Of a stretch of DNA of 64,000 nt, positions 19,472 through 27,839 are shown one piece after another. The DNA comes from Candidatus Saccharimonadota bacterium (GTDB lineage Bacteria; Patescibacteriota; Saccharimonadia; Saccharimonadales; Saccharimonadaceae), in NCBI GenBank assembly GCA_030527585.1, contig JAUNAL010000001.1, positions 64,193 through 128,192 of the forward strand, given 5' to 3'. How positions within the stretch are numbered: the stretch's first letter is position 1; every line of letters begins with the position of its first letter. The position numbers and the translations under genes were made by a program. The notes under the pieces were generated by a model that saw only the letters and a list, made by a program, of their open reading frames with translations, was not told the DNA's origin and searched no databases.

Positions 19472-20125
19472 ATGAAACTATTAATTCCACGAGACATCTA
19501 TTCGAAGATGTTGTGCTACGCGACTGCAGCTTTACCAAACGAAGTGACTGGCATTGGTATTTTGGAAACCGTTCCGAATACCACCGGTTGTGTCCAAGCC
19601 TTTCGAGTTAGCGAGGTGCGCATTGCGCCACAACGAACCTCAAACGGTTATTGCGAATTCGAAGACGAGGCTCTTCATGGCGTTCTACTCGACTTAATTG
19701 AGGAGGGTCGCACAGAAGATCTCGAGAAGCTTCGGCTTCGTTGGCATTCACACGGTGCTGGCTCCGTCTTCTTCTCGACCGTAGATGTTAAAGATATCGA
19801 AGAAAATACTTTAGACGCGGCTTGGATAGTTAGCCTGGTGATTAACACCAAAGGCGAATTTACGGCTAGACTCGACCTCTACCAGCCTTTCCGCATATCT
19901 GAGTCATTAACGGTAGAGATCGTCGATGAGTTGCCTGTCGAACTGATGGCTAGCTGTCGAGTAGAAGTGACGAAGCATCTTCGTCCTATTGCGGGACCGG
20001 CTCCAGTTTTTGCGGACAAAGTTCCGGCCACTCATAGCCAGGGAAAAAGTGGTGCGTACGCTAGACCGTATTTGAAAGGGGGTGAAGAAAATGCGGGATT
20101 TTTCGGACCAAACCAAGTTCTTTGA
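19472..20125 (+). CDS. JAB/MPN+ metallopeptidase (deubiquitinase-like)
   Basis: NEVTGIG (catalytic Glu) and WHSHG..SVFFSTVD (HxH...S..D). Confidence 0.9.
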   Translation: MKLLIPRDIYSKMLCYATAALPNEVTGIGILETVPNTTGCVQAFRVSEVRIAPQRTSNGYCEFEDEALHGVLLDLIEEGRTEDLEKLRLRWHSHGAGSVFFSTVDVKDIEENTLDAAWIVSLVINTKGEFTARLDLYQPFRISESLTVEIVDELPVELMASCRVEVTKHLRPIAGPAPVFADKVPATHSQGKSGAYARPYLKGGEENAGFFGPNQVL

Positions 20126-20753
20126 CCCAGATAGCTTCGCATGGGACGTACACATTATCGGTGCCGGAGGCATTGGCAATATGGTCGTCATGCTACTTGC
20201 TAAAATGGGCGTCCAGAAGATTCATCTTTGGGACGACGATAATTTTGAGCTTCGCAATGGACCAACCGAAGTCGCTTACAGCGAAAAATTCGTTGGTAAG
20301 CCAAAAGTTGATGTTGCTGAGAAAACCATCGAGTTTTTAGTCGGCGACCATTGCGAAATCATTAAACACTATGAGCGCGTCACGAAGAAAACTAAGCTCT
20401 CAGGCATCGTCATTAGCGGCGTCGATTCGATGGCTAGCCGCCAAGTTATTTGGCAAGCCATTAAAGAGTGCTTTCTCGATGTTGCGCTTTATATCGATGC
20501 GCGTAGTGCCGGGGAAGAAATTGCTATCTTTAATGTTCTTCCGTCTGATTTTGAAGCTTGCGAAATCTATGAAAAAGATTGGCTTTTCGATGACTCGGAA
20601 GCATCACAGTTGGCTTGTGGCGCTCGCAACATTGGCTATATTTCAACCTTAATTGCAAGTATAGTCGCCGCAAATTTAACGAAATTTGAGCAAGGCGAGG
20701 AGCTGAAATTCTTTCAGTCTCTCGATGCTTCAAATTTACACACTATGTTTTAA
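20091..20753 (+). CDS. ThiF/E1-like adenylyltransferase
   Basis: IIGAGGIG, LWDDD.FE.RN, GKPKV, SGVDS, IDAR; candidate catalytic Cys in LACG; no CxxC zinc pairs. Confidence 0.92.
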   Translation: MRDFSDQTKFFDPDSFAWDVHIIGAGGIGNMVVMLLAKMGVQKIHLWDDDNFELRNGPTEVAYSEKFVGKPKVDVAEKTIEFLVGDHCEIIKHYERVTKKTKLSGIVISGVDSMASRQVIWQAIKECFLDVALYIDARSAGEEIAIFNVLPSDFEACEIYEKDWLFDDSEASQLACGARNIGYISTLIASIVAANLTKFEQGEELKFFQSLDASNLHTMF

Positions 20754-20768
20754 AAGGAGGGTAAAAAC

Positions 20769-21014
20769 ATGGCAGGGAAAGTAGTAAGTCGCTTACCACA
20801 ACCACAAGTTAGTGTGGTAGTAGGAGGGAATACTCCAAAAACCGTTGATTATCAACAGGGAGACACTGTTGCAAGTGTTTTGCAACGTGCAGGCGTATAC
20901 CTTACTGGCAGTCAAACTGCAGCTTTAGGACGTCGTCGTGTTCAGGACGCTGCGAAAACGCCTGTTAAAGCTGGCGAAACCATCGTTGTTGCTGGCAAAC
21001 CGTCTAACGGCTAG
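20769..21014 (+). CDS. Ubiquitin-like beta-grasp protein ending ...KPSNG
   Basis: 81 aa; GDTVASVLQRAG helix, PVKAGETIVV terminal strand, C-terminal Gly; SD AAGGAGG. Confidence 0.82.
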   Translation: MAGKVVSRLPQPQVSVVVGGNTPKTVDYQQGDTVASVLQRAGVYLTGSQTAALGRRRVQDAAKTPVKAGETIVVAGKPSNG

Positions 21015-21038
21015 AAAAACTGAATATCGGATTTATTT

Positions 21039-21066
21039 AAACCGGGCTTATCGTAGCCCGGTTTTT
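21039..21066 (+). terminator. Terminator closing the Ubl operon
   Basis: AAACCGGGCT-tatcgt-AGCCCGGTTTTT. Confidence 0.85.
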
Positions 21067-21096
21067 CATATCTAAAAGTTATGTTATACTTGTCTT

Positions 21097-21663
21097 ATGG
21101 AAAATGTAAAAATTCTCGCCGTTGTTGGTATGAGTGGCAGTGGCAAATCTGTTATTGTTGATCACTTAACTTCGAAAGGCTATCCAAAAGTTTATTTTGG
21201 CGGCATGATATATAAAGAAATGGAAAAGCGGGGAATCGTTCGAACCGAAGATGGAGAATCGGAAAAGAAATTCCGCGAAATGATTCGCGAAACCGAAGGG
21301 AAGGACTGGGTTGTTCGCCAGGTCATCGCCGAAGCGAAAGATTTAATTTCTGCCGGTCAGAAACGCATTGTTTTAGATGGGGTTTATTCTTGGACGGAAT
21401 ATTGTATTTTGAAACATGAATTCCCGCGTTGTTTGAATTTTGTTGCTGTCGTTGTTGACAAGAGTCTACGCTATGGCCGTGTCGCAAATCGCCCAGGACG
21501 TTCTTTCGACGCTACCGCAATTCGCGAGCGCGATCGTTCGGAAATCGAAAATCTTGAAAAAGGTGGACCGATTGCTGCTGCGGACTATTATATTTTGAAT
21601 AACGGTACAATCGCCGAAGCGACCGCTAGGACCGATGAAATCTTAAAAGAAATCGAGTTTTAA
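21097..21663 (+). CDS. P-loop nucleotide kinase (dephospho-CoA kinase-like)
   Basis: VGMSGSGKS, IVLDGV, RDRSEIE...GGPIAAADY.I.N. Confidence 0.75.
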   Translation: MENVKILAVVGMSGSGKSVIVDHLTSKGYPKVYFGGMIYKEMEKRGIVRTEDGESEKKFREMIRETEGKDWVVRQVIAEAKDLISAGQKRIVLDGVYSWTEYCILKHEFPRCLNFVAVVVDKSLRYGRVANRPGRSFDATAIRERDRSEIENLEKGGPIAAADYYILNNGTIAEATARTDEILKEIEF

Positions 21664-23990
21664 TGAAGAATTTAGTCCTTATCGATGGCAAATCGGTTTT
21701 CTATCGTGGCTACTATGCGATGGGGGCACTGAGCCTCGCGGACGGAACTCCAACCGGCGGAGTTTATGGCTTTGCCGCAATTGCAATGGAAATTGTTAAC
21801 CGCCTTAATCCGACTAAAGTCGTTGTCGCCTGGGACTCAAAAACCTCCACCTCTAAACGCCGTGCGATTTACGAGAATTATAAATCTGGTCGCGTTAAAC
21901 CGGGCGATGATTTTTACGCTCAGATTCCTCTTTTAGAAGAACTTGTTAAAAACCTCGGTTGGTCATTTATCGAAATTGACGACTATGAAGCCGATGATAT
22001 TATTGGAACTTTAAGCCGCGAGGCTGACGAAGCTGGTGATTATGAAACTTTTATTATTTCTTCCGACCTCGACATGCTCCAAATCGTCGATCACAATACC
22101 CACATGTGGCGTATTCTTAAAGGTTTTACCAATATCGAAAAAATTGACATCGCCAAGGTTGAGCAGAAATATGGTATCAAAAAGTCGCAATTCCTTGACT
22201 TAAAAGCACTTAAAGGTGATGCCTCGGATTCAATTCCCGGCGTTCCTGGCATTGGCGAGAAAACTGCCGCGAAGTTATTAAATGACTTCGGTTCACTCGA
22301 TGGGATTTACGAAAATCTCGACCAAATTAAGGGAGCAACCAGAACGAAGTTGGAAGCCGGCAGAGAATCGGCTTATATGTCTAAAACTCTCGCTGAAATT
22401 ATGTTTGACGCACCAGTCGATTTAAATGAATTGCCAGATTTTAAATTCGATGAAGAAAAGGTCATAAGAGGGCTAGAAAAACTCGAATTTAATTCTTTGA
22501 TTCGGAAATTTAGGCAAACCCCCCAAACTAACCCTCAAGAAATTATAAATACAGAGCCTGTAAGTCTAGAAAAAAATGCTATTATCGCTTGGAATATTAA
22601 AACTTTGATGCATAGTGACAAAAAAATCGCCGACCAGATTTTTGGTGGCGCTAAATTTTGGGATTTGTCCCAAGCCGCCTTTTTAATCAACCCGCTTTCG
22701 CGGGAAGAGCCTCGTCTTGTGATCCCTGAAGAAGAATATCAAAAACAAATTCATGAGCTAAAGAAAACGCCACGTGTCTTAAACGTTCTGGAAAATTTCG
22801 ACCTCCCGCTTATTCCAGTGCTCTACAAAATGGAAGAAAAAGGCATGCTGATTGATCGTGAGTATTTTAAGAATCTCGAAAAAGAATATACTACTGAAGT
22901 TAAAAAACTTGAACAGGAAATCTTCAAATTAGCCGGACGAGAGTTTAATTTAAATTCTCCAATTCAACTTTCTGAAATTCTTTTCGTCGATCTTCGCCTT
23001 CCAACTAAGGGAATTAAAAAAACCGCACGCGGCTATTCGACGGGCGCCAAAGAACTTGATAAATTAAAAGAACACCACGAGATTATTTCAAAAATCATTG
23101 AGTATCGCGAAGCTTCTAAGCTCCTCTCGACTTATATTATCCCGATCCCAACTCTCGCCGACGACAAAAATCGTATCCATACAACTTTTACCCAAAACGT
23201 CACGGCGACCGGACGCCTTTCTTCACACGATCCAAATCTTCAAAATATTCCAGTTCGCACTGAGGCGGGGAAGCGTATTCGCACCGGATTTGTTGCTCCG
23301 GAAGAAAGAGTTTTAGTTTCGGCTGACTATTCCCAATTCGAGCTTCGCCTCGCCGCTATCTTGGCGAACGACGAGCCTCTTATCCGTGACTTTAACTTCG
23401 ATGTCGATATCCATACTAAAACCGCCTCCGAAGCTTTCAAGGTTCCATTTGACTCCGTCACCAAAGACCAACGCCGTGCCGCCAAGGTAATTAACTTCGG
23501 AATTTTATATGGTATGAGTATTAAAGGTCTCGCCGAGGCCGCCAATATGTCTGTCCCAGAAGCTAAACAATTTATTGATAATTACTTTAAACTTCGCGCG
23601 CCAATTAAAGAAAAACTCGAAGCAATTTTGAAGCAAGCGCGTGAAGATGGTTATGTTGAAACTTTTTATGGTCGTCGTCGCCCAACCCCAGACGTCAAAT
23701 CTCCAAATTTTATCATCCGTCAAGCCGCCGAGCGAGCTGCCGCCAACATGCCGATCCAAGGCACCGAAGCCGATCTTATGAAGCGTGCTATGATTGAAGT
23801 TGATAAAAAACTGCCAGAAACTGCAGATTTAATTATGCAAGTTCATGATTCTTTAATTGTTGAATGCGACGAAAAAGATCGCGAAAAAGTTGCTCAAATT
23901 TTGAAAGAAACTATGGAATCTGTCGCCCCAGAACTCAGTATTAAACTCGCCGTAGATGTTTCAATCGGAAAAAACTGGGGAGAGCTTTAA
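21663..23990 (+). CDS. polA: DNA polymerase I (5'-3' exonuclease + polymerase; 3'-5' exonuclease domain reduced)
   Basis: LIDG, YEADD, LKGD.SD.IPGVPGIGEKTA, TGRLSS..PNLQNIP, ADYSQFELR, QVHD. Confidence 0.97.
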   Translation: MKNLVLIDGKSVFYRGYYAMGALSLADGTPTGGVYGFAAIAMEIVNRLNPTKVVVAWDSKTSTSKRRAIYENYKSGRVKPGDDFYAQIPLLEELVKNLGWSFIEIDDYEADDIIGTLSREADEAGDYETFIISSDLDMLQIVDHNTHMWRILKGFTNIEKIDIAKVEQKYGIKKSQFLDLKALKGDASDSIPGVPGIGEKTAAKLLNDFGSLDGIYENLDQIKGATRTKLEAGRESAYMSKTLAEIMFDAPVDLNELPDFKFDEEKVIRGLEKLEFNSLIRKFRQTPQTNPQEIINTEPVSLEKNAIIAWNIKTLMHSDKKIADQIFGGAKFWDLSQAAFLINPLSREEPRLVIPEEEYQKQIHELKKTPRVLNVLENFDLPLIPVLYKMEEKGMLIDREYFKNLEKEYTTEVKKLEQEIFKLAGREFNLNSPIQLSEILFVDLRLPTKGIKKTARGYSTGAKELDKLKEHHEIISKIIEYREASKLLSTYIIPIPTLADDKNRIHTTFTQNVTATGRLSSHDPNLQNIPVRTEAGKRIRTGFVAPEERVLVSADYSQFELRLAAILANDEPLIRDFNFDVDIHTKTASEAFKVPFDSVTKDQRRAAKVINFGILYGMSIKGLAEAANMSVPEAKQFIDNYFKLRAPIKEKLEAILKQAREDGYVETFYGRRRPTPDVKSPNFIIRQAAERAAANMPIQGTEADLMKRAMIEVDKKLPETADLIMQVHDSLIVECDEKDREKVAQILKETMESVAPELSIKLAVDVSIGKNWGEL

Positions 23991-24003
23991 GTAAAGGAGG
24001 AAT

Positions 24004-24630
24004 ATGAAAAACAACCGCAGCGAATATCATTTTCAAATCATCAACGCCCAAGAGGTAAATAATCTTATCACGAAATTCTTGCAGACAAATAAATTTACTC
24101 TGCAAAATAAGAATGGCGAGCAATATTTTCGTTCTGGTGAGCCAATGTTTGAAGGCTATAAATATTTTAGTTATGCAATTCAAGGACAGACTTTAACTAT
24201 CTGGGCCTGGCTGAAAAGTGCTCTTGGCGAATTTCCGATCGAACAAAATAACCTTAGTACGGCAGTAGTGAACTATCGTAATATTCTGAGTGGATTGTTC
24301 CAAGAAATTGAGCGTTTAAGTCAAGCTTCTACCTCTCCACAGGCTATCCAGCCTCAAGCTCAAACACAGTTTTCGCAAGCATTTCAGAACGAAACTCTAA
24401 AAAAGCAGGAAACTATGTGCGAAGTCGGTTTTTGGTTTTCGCTTATTGGTCTAGTTATTTCGTTTTTCGGGTTTGCTTATGGCGCTATCATCTATGCAAT
24501 GGATCTATGCTTCGCCGTGCAGGGGCTTAGAACCCGCAAAAAAAGCAAAGCAATCGCTACAATTATTATTTCTGTAATTTCGATTGTTATTGTCGGGATC
24601 CAATTTATTCTAGAGGCCACCAAAGCATAA
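24004..24630 (+). CDS. Hypothetical membrane protein
   Basis: SD AAAGGAGG; soluble N-terminal domain and C-terminal TM helices. Confidence 0.75.
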   Translation: MKNNRSEYHFQIINAQEVNNLITKFLQTNKFTLQNKNGEQYFRSGEPMFEGYKYFSYAIQGQTLTIWAWLKSALGEFPIEQNNLSTAVVNYRNILSGLFQEIERLSQASTSPQAIQPQAQTQFSQAFQNETLKKQETMCEVGFWFSLIGLVISFFGFAYGAIIYAMDLCFAVQGLRTRKKSKAIATIIISVISIVIVGIQFILEATKA

Positions 24631-24633
24631 GAA

Positions 24634-24681
24634 TCTCCATATTTAGTGTCAAAACCTTCTTGACACCACCACATCTAGCGT
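24634..24681 (+). promoter_or_regulatory. Tandem NrdR boxes overlapping a promoter
   Basis: TCTCCATATTTAGTGT (24634-24649) and CCACCACATCTAGCGT (24666-24681), 32 bp apart, resemble acaCwAtATaTwGtgt. Box 2 lies between TTGACA and TATAAT. Confidence 0.72.
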
Positions 24682-24740
24682 CTATAATGGTTTTAGGTAA
24701 TGCTTTTAAACAACTCTAAATAAGAAAAAAGGAGAGAACC

Positions 24741-25181
24741 ATGAAGAAAATTATTTATCGAAACCCTAATGACGCTGAAGTTTTTGAAATTAAACGTTTC
24801 CTGAAATCGCTCGGTCATTATGCAAAAATTTCCGAGAAAGAAGCGATCGAAGCCCTCGCTGACTTTGACCAGTATGAAACTATGCATGCATCCTGTCTCG
24901 TTGAAATCGGTACTAAATTAATTATGAAAAAAGAAGGCGACGAAGCCGCTCAGGAGTATTTTAACGCCCACGCTCACTATTTCGATGATGGCAACAAATT
25001 CGAACGTCTCCGCCGAATCACTGGCTATCTAGTTGGAACTTTGGATCGTTGGAATGACGCGAAAAAGGCTGAGGAAGGAGCTCGCGTGAAGCATTGCGTA
25101 AATTCTGCCATTGACGATGCGGAACGTCTCGCTGCTCTTGAAACCCAGGCGATGGAGCATAACCTCGCTTACGCTCGCTAA
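24741..25181 (+). CDS. Stand-alone NrdD C-terminal glycyl-radical domain protein
   Basis: FERLRRITGYLVGTLDRWNDAKKAE..ARVKH is the class III RNR glycyl-radical motif; protein is only 146 aa. Confidence 0.8.
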   Translation: MKKIIYRNPNDAEVFEIKRFLKSLGHYAKISEKEAIEALADFDQYETMHASCLVEIGTKLIMKKEGDEAAQEYFNAHAHYFDDGNKFERLRRITGYLVGTLDRWNDAKKAEEGARVKHCVNSAIDDAERLAALETQAMEHNLAYAR

Positions 25182-25197
25182 TTAAATAATGACTCCT

Positions 25198-25223
25198 AAC
25201 TGACGCCTCTCGGGGCGTCAGTT
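25198..25223 (+). terminator. Probable terminator hairpin
   Basis: AACTGACGCCT-ctcg-GGGCGTCAGTT. Confidence 0.65.
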
Positions 25224-25242
25224 GTGTTATAATGAATACGAT

Positions 25243-25902
25243 ATGCCAAGTTGGAACATACATTTAGAGGCGGGCAAACGCCTCAGCAAAAAACTTAACT
25301 ATTCGCCCGCCGAAGAGAAAGAATTTTTGTTGGGCAATATTCTACCCGATCTTAATAACGGCTATCTATATCCAGTGGCAAAGATTAAGTCCCATGAAGA
25401 AACTCATTTTACGCCAGATTCCCAGCCAGGAGTTTTATGCGAGAGCTTCGAGAATTTTTATCGTCAAAATTCAGACAAAATTAAAAAAGAGTCCCCAATC
25501 TACCTAGGCTATCTTTTTCATCTATATCTCGACAGTTATTACAATTATAGTGCATACCAGGCTATTGGTTGTCGTAAAGAATATGATAACTACCCTGCCG
25601 AAAAAATTCCAGAGATTAAGCGCCACGATTTTTGGCTTTATGACCGGAATTTTCATCATTCCATTAATATAGACTCCGAAGTCGAAAGCGAAAAACTCGT
25701 CCATGCCGCCAGCCAAATTTTTCCAGTCGAAACGACTGCGGACGAACTTCTAAAAATCGACCAAAAATTAAAAGACGGCACCAACATTTCAGAAAAAGAT
25801 GATAATAAATATCTTTATTCTTCGTTTGAGGGTTTTGAGAATCTTACAGACAGGCTCATTCTCGATTTTTCGAAACAATATTTAGGAGAAGACTATGCCT
25901 GA
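25243..25902 (+). CDS. Zn-dependent phospholipase C-like metal hydrolase
   Basis: MPSWNIHL, FLLGNILPD, ETHF, GYLFHLYLD. Confidence 0.65.
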   Translation: MPSWNIHLEAGKRLSKKLNYSPAEEKEFLLGNILPDLNNGYLYPVAKIKSHEETHFTPDSQPGVLCESFENFYRQNSDKIKKESPIYLGYLFHLYLDSYYNYSAYQAIGCRKEYDNYPAEKIPEIKRHDFWLYDRNFHHSINIDSEVESEKLVHAASQIFPVETTADELLKIDQKLKDGTNISEKDDNKYLYSSFEGFENLTDRLILDFSKQYLGEDYA

Positions 25903-26788
25903 ACTTCCGGAAGTTGAAACCGTTAAGCGCGGTCTGAGTAAATTTATTCTTCAGAAGAAAATCACTAAAATCGAAATCCTGAATGAAAAATCTTTTATTG
26001 GCTCGCCGACAACTGGCAAAGTTATTAGTGTTCGTCGTTTCGGTAAGGCACTTGTTCTCGATCTCGATAATGACTATTCCTTAATGATTCATCTCCGCAT
26101 GACTGGGCAACTTATTTACGACGGGGAAGAGCGTTATGCCGCAGGCCATCCGAGCGAAAATTTTGTCGCCAACCTTCCCAATAAGCAAACTCGTGTCGTT
26201 TTAAAATTCGAAAACGGAACTTTATATTTTAACGACCAACGTAAATTTGGTTTTATCAAAGCCCTAAAGACTTCAGAAGTCGAGGAGGATAGTTTTATTA
26301 AAAAACTTGCTAAAGAGCCTTGGTTTATGACTGCTGAAGAATTTTACGAAAAGCTCGGGCACCATAAAAATTCGCTCATCAAAGCCACGATTTTAGACCA
26401 AACGATTATTTGCGGCCTTGGCAACATCTATGCTGATGAGTCGCTTTTTATGTCTAAAATTCACCCAGAACGAAGGTGCGGCACCATCACAAAAGAAGAG
26501 GCCGGGAGGCTCTTAGAATCTGCCTGCAAAGTGATGGATAAGTCGATCGAATCCGGCGGCTCGACAATGGCAACTTATGTTAAGGCAGATGGCACGCGCG
26601 GCGATTACCTAGATAAATTCGCCCAAGTTTTTCATCGTGAAGGGAAGAACTGCCCAGTTTGTAATGAAAAAATTATCAAAATTCGCGTCGCCGGTCGGGG
26701 AACCCACCTCTGCCCGTCTTGTCAAAAAGTGGAAAAGTTCTGTGAAGTCGAAAAACTGACTTCACGAGAAAAGGCTAAAAATGATTAA
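25895..26788 (+). CDS. mutM: Formamidopyrimidine-DNA glycosylase
   Basis: MPELPEVE, HLRMTG, GLGNIYADESL, CPVC...CPSCQ. Confidence 0.97.
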   Translation: MPELPEVETVKRGLSKFILQKKITKIEILNEKSFIGSPTTGKVISVRRFGKALVLDLDNDYSLMIHLRMTGQLIYDGEERYAAGHPSENFVANLPNKQTRVVLKFENGTLYFNDQRKFGFIKALKTSEVEEDSFIKKLAKEPWFMTAEEFYEKLGHHKNSLIKATILDQTIICGLGNIYADESLFMSKIHPERRCGTITKEEAGRLLESACKVMDKSIESGGSTMATYVKADGTRGDYLDKFAQVFHREGKNCPVCNEKIIKIRVAGRGTHLCPSCQKVEKFCEVEKLTSREKAKND

Positions 26789-27386
26789 GGTTTTTTATGG
26801 TGACGATCGCAAACGTGCCAAGCAGGCAATTGAAAGATATCTTGGAGCGGAATACGAGATTATCGACTGCGAAGAATTAACTTCGCTTGACCTCCCGACT
26901 ATTTTTCGTGGCACAACCTTCTTCGCCGACGTTCGCAAAATTCTCCTCCGCGATTTTACCGCCAATAAGACTATTTTTGAAAAACTCCCAGAATATTTAG
27001 ACACAAAGCATGATATCGCTCTTTTTGAAACCAAACTCGATAAGCGCTCGAACACTTATAAAACGCTAAAAGACAAAATTGAGTTTATCGAATTTGCTCC
27101 TCAAAAAAATCAAAACTTTAGTTTAGTTTTTAATATCTATGGCACCGCAAAACGAGACGGCAAAAAAGCCGTCGAAATGCTTCGCCAAATCGAGCAAGAT
27201 GAAGACCCGATTATGTTTTTTGGACTTTTAGTTTCGAGTGCGCTCAAAGACTTTAACTTAAAACAGGGAACTAAAGAAAAGAGAGCCCTCGAGGAGCTCT
27301 CTAAAACTGACCTTACTTTAAAATCTACTTCGATTCAGCCTTGGCTTTTGATTGAGTCTTTTTTGCTGCAGTTGTCTTCGTTGTAG
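26781..27386 (+). CDS. holA: DNA polymerase III delta subunit-like, shortened
   Basis: VFYGDD N-terminus, KLDKRS..YK.L, D..LKS..QPW.LIE C-terminus; next to rpsT as in many bacteria. Confidence 0.65.
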   Translation: MIKVFYGDDRKRAKQAIERYLGAEYEIIDCEELTSLDLPTIFRGTTFFADVRKILLRDFTANKTIFEKLPEYLDTKHDIALFETKLDKRSNTYKTLKDKIEFIEFAPQKNQNFSLVFNIYGTAKRDGKKAVEMLRQIEQDEDPIMFFGLLVSSALKDFNLKQGTKEKRALEELSKTDLTLKSTSIQPWLLIESFLLQLSSL

Positions 27387-27705
27387 CTTTCTTAGCCGCA
27401 GGTTTCTTTTCAACTTTCTCTGCAACTTCCTTAACAGCCTTCTTCTCAACTGTTGCAATCTTCATTCCAGCTTTCTTTGCGAAACGAGCAAGCGCAGCTT
27501 TGCGACGCGAAGCCGTGTTCTTCTTCAAAAGATCTTTCTTTGCAGCCTTATCATACTCGGATTGTGCTTTTGCAAGCGTCTCCATAGTTGGATTAGCTTT
27601 AAAAGCCTTCAAAGCGGCCTTAATACTTTTCTTGATTTCTACATTATGTGCTGTACGCTTCGTCGCTTGACGAGCTGCCTTTTTGGCGGATTTAATAATC
27701 GGCAT
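27325..27705 (-). CDS. rpsT: 30S ribosomal protein S20 with a Lys/Ala-rich C-terminal extension
   Basis: MPIIKSAKKAARQ...DKAAKK.LLKKNTASRRKA. Confidence 0.93.
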   Translation of the reverse strand: MPIIKSAKKAARQATKRTAHNVEIKKSIKAALKAFKANPTMETLAKAQSEYDKAAKKDLLKKNTASRRKAALARFAKKAGMKIATVEKKAVKEVAEKVEKKPAAKKATTKTTAAKKTQSKAKAESK

Positions 27706-27839
27706 TTTATTCCTATTTAGATTAAAAATTATTGACTTTCGTAAATTATACCAAAAACTCTGAAAAAAGTAAAGGGGGCACCCTGGAAAATCCTTGATTT
27801 TATCTACGCTTATGGTAAAATTAGGGAAGAAAGGTAACG

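Noticed and set aside
19472-21014. ThiS/MoaD-type sulfur-relay operon or CBASS ancillary genes
   Set aside because: The Ubl ends NG rather than GG, there are no thiG, moaE or cysteine synthase genes or CD-NTase nearby, and an E2-like gene leads the operon. Disfavoured but not excluded.
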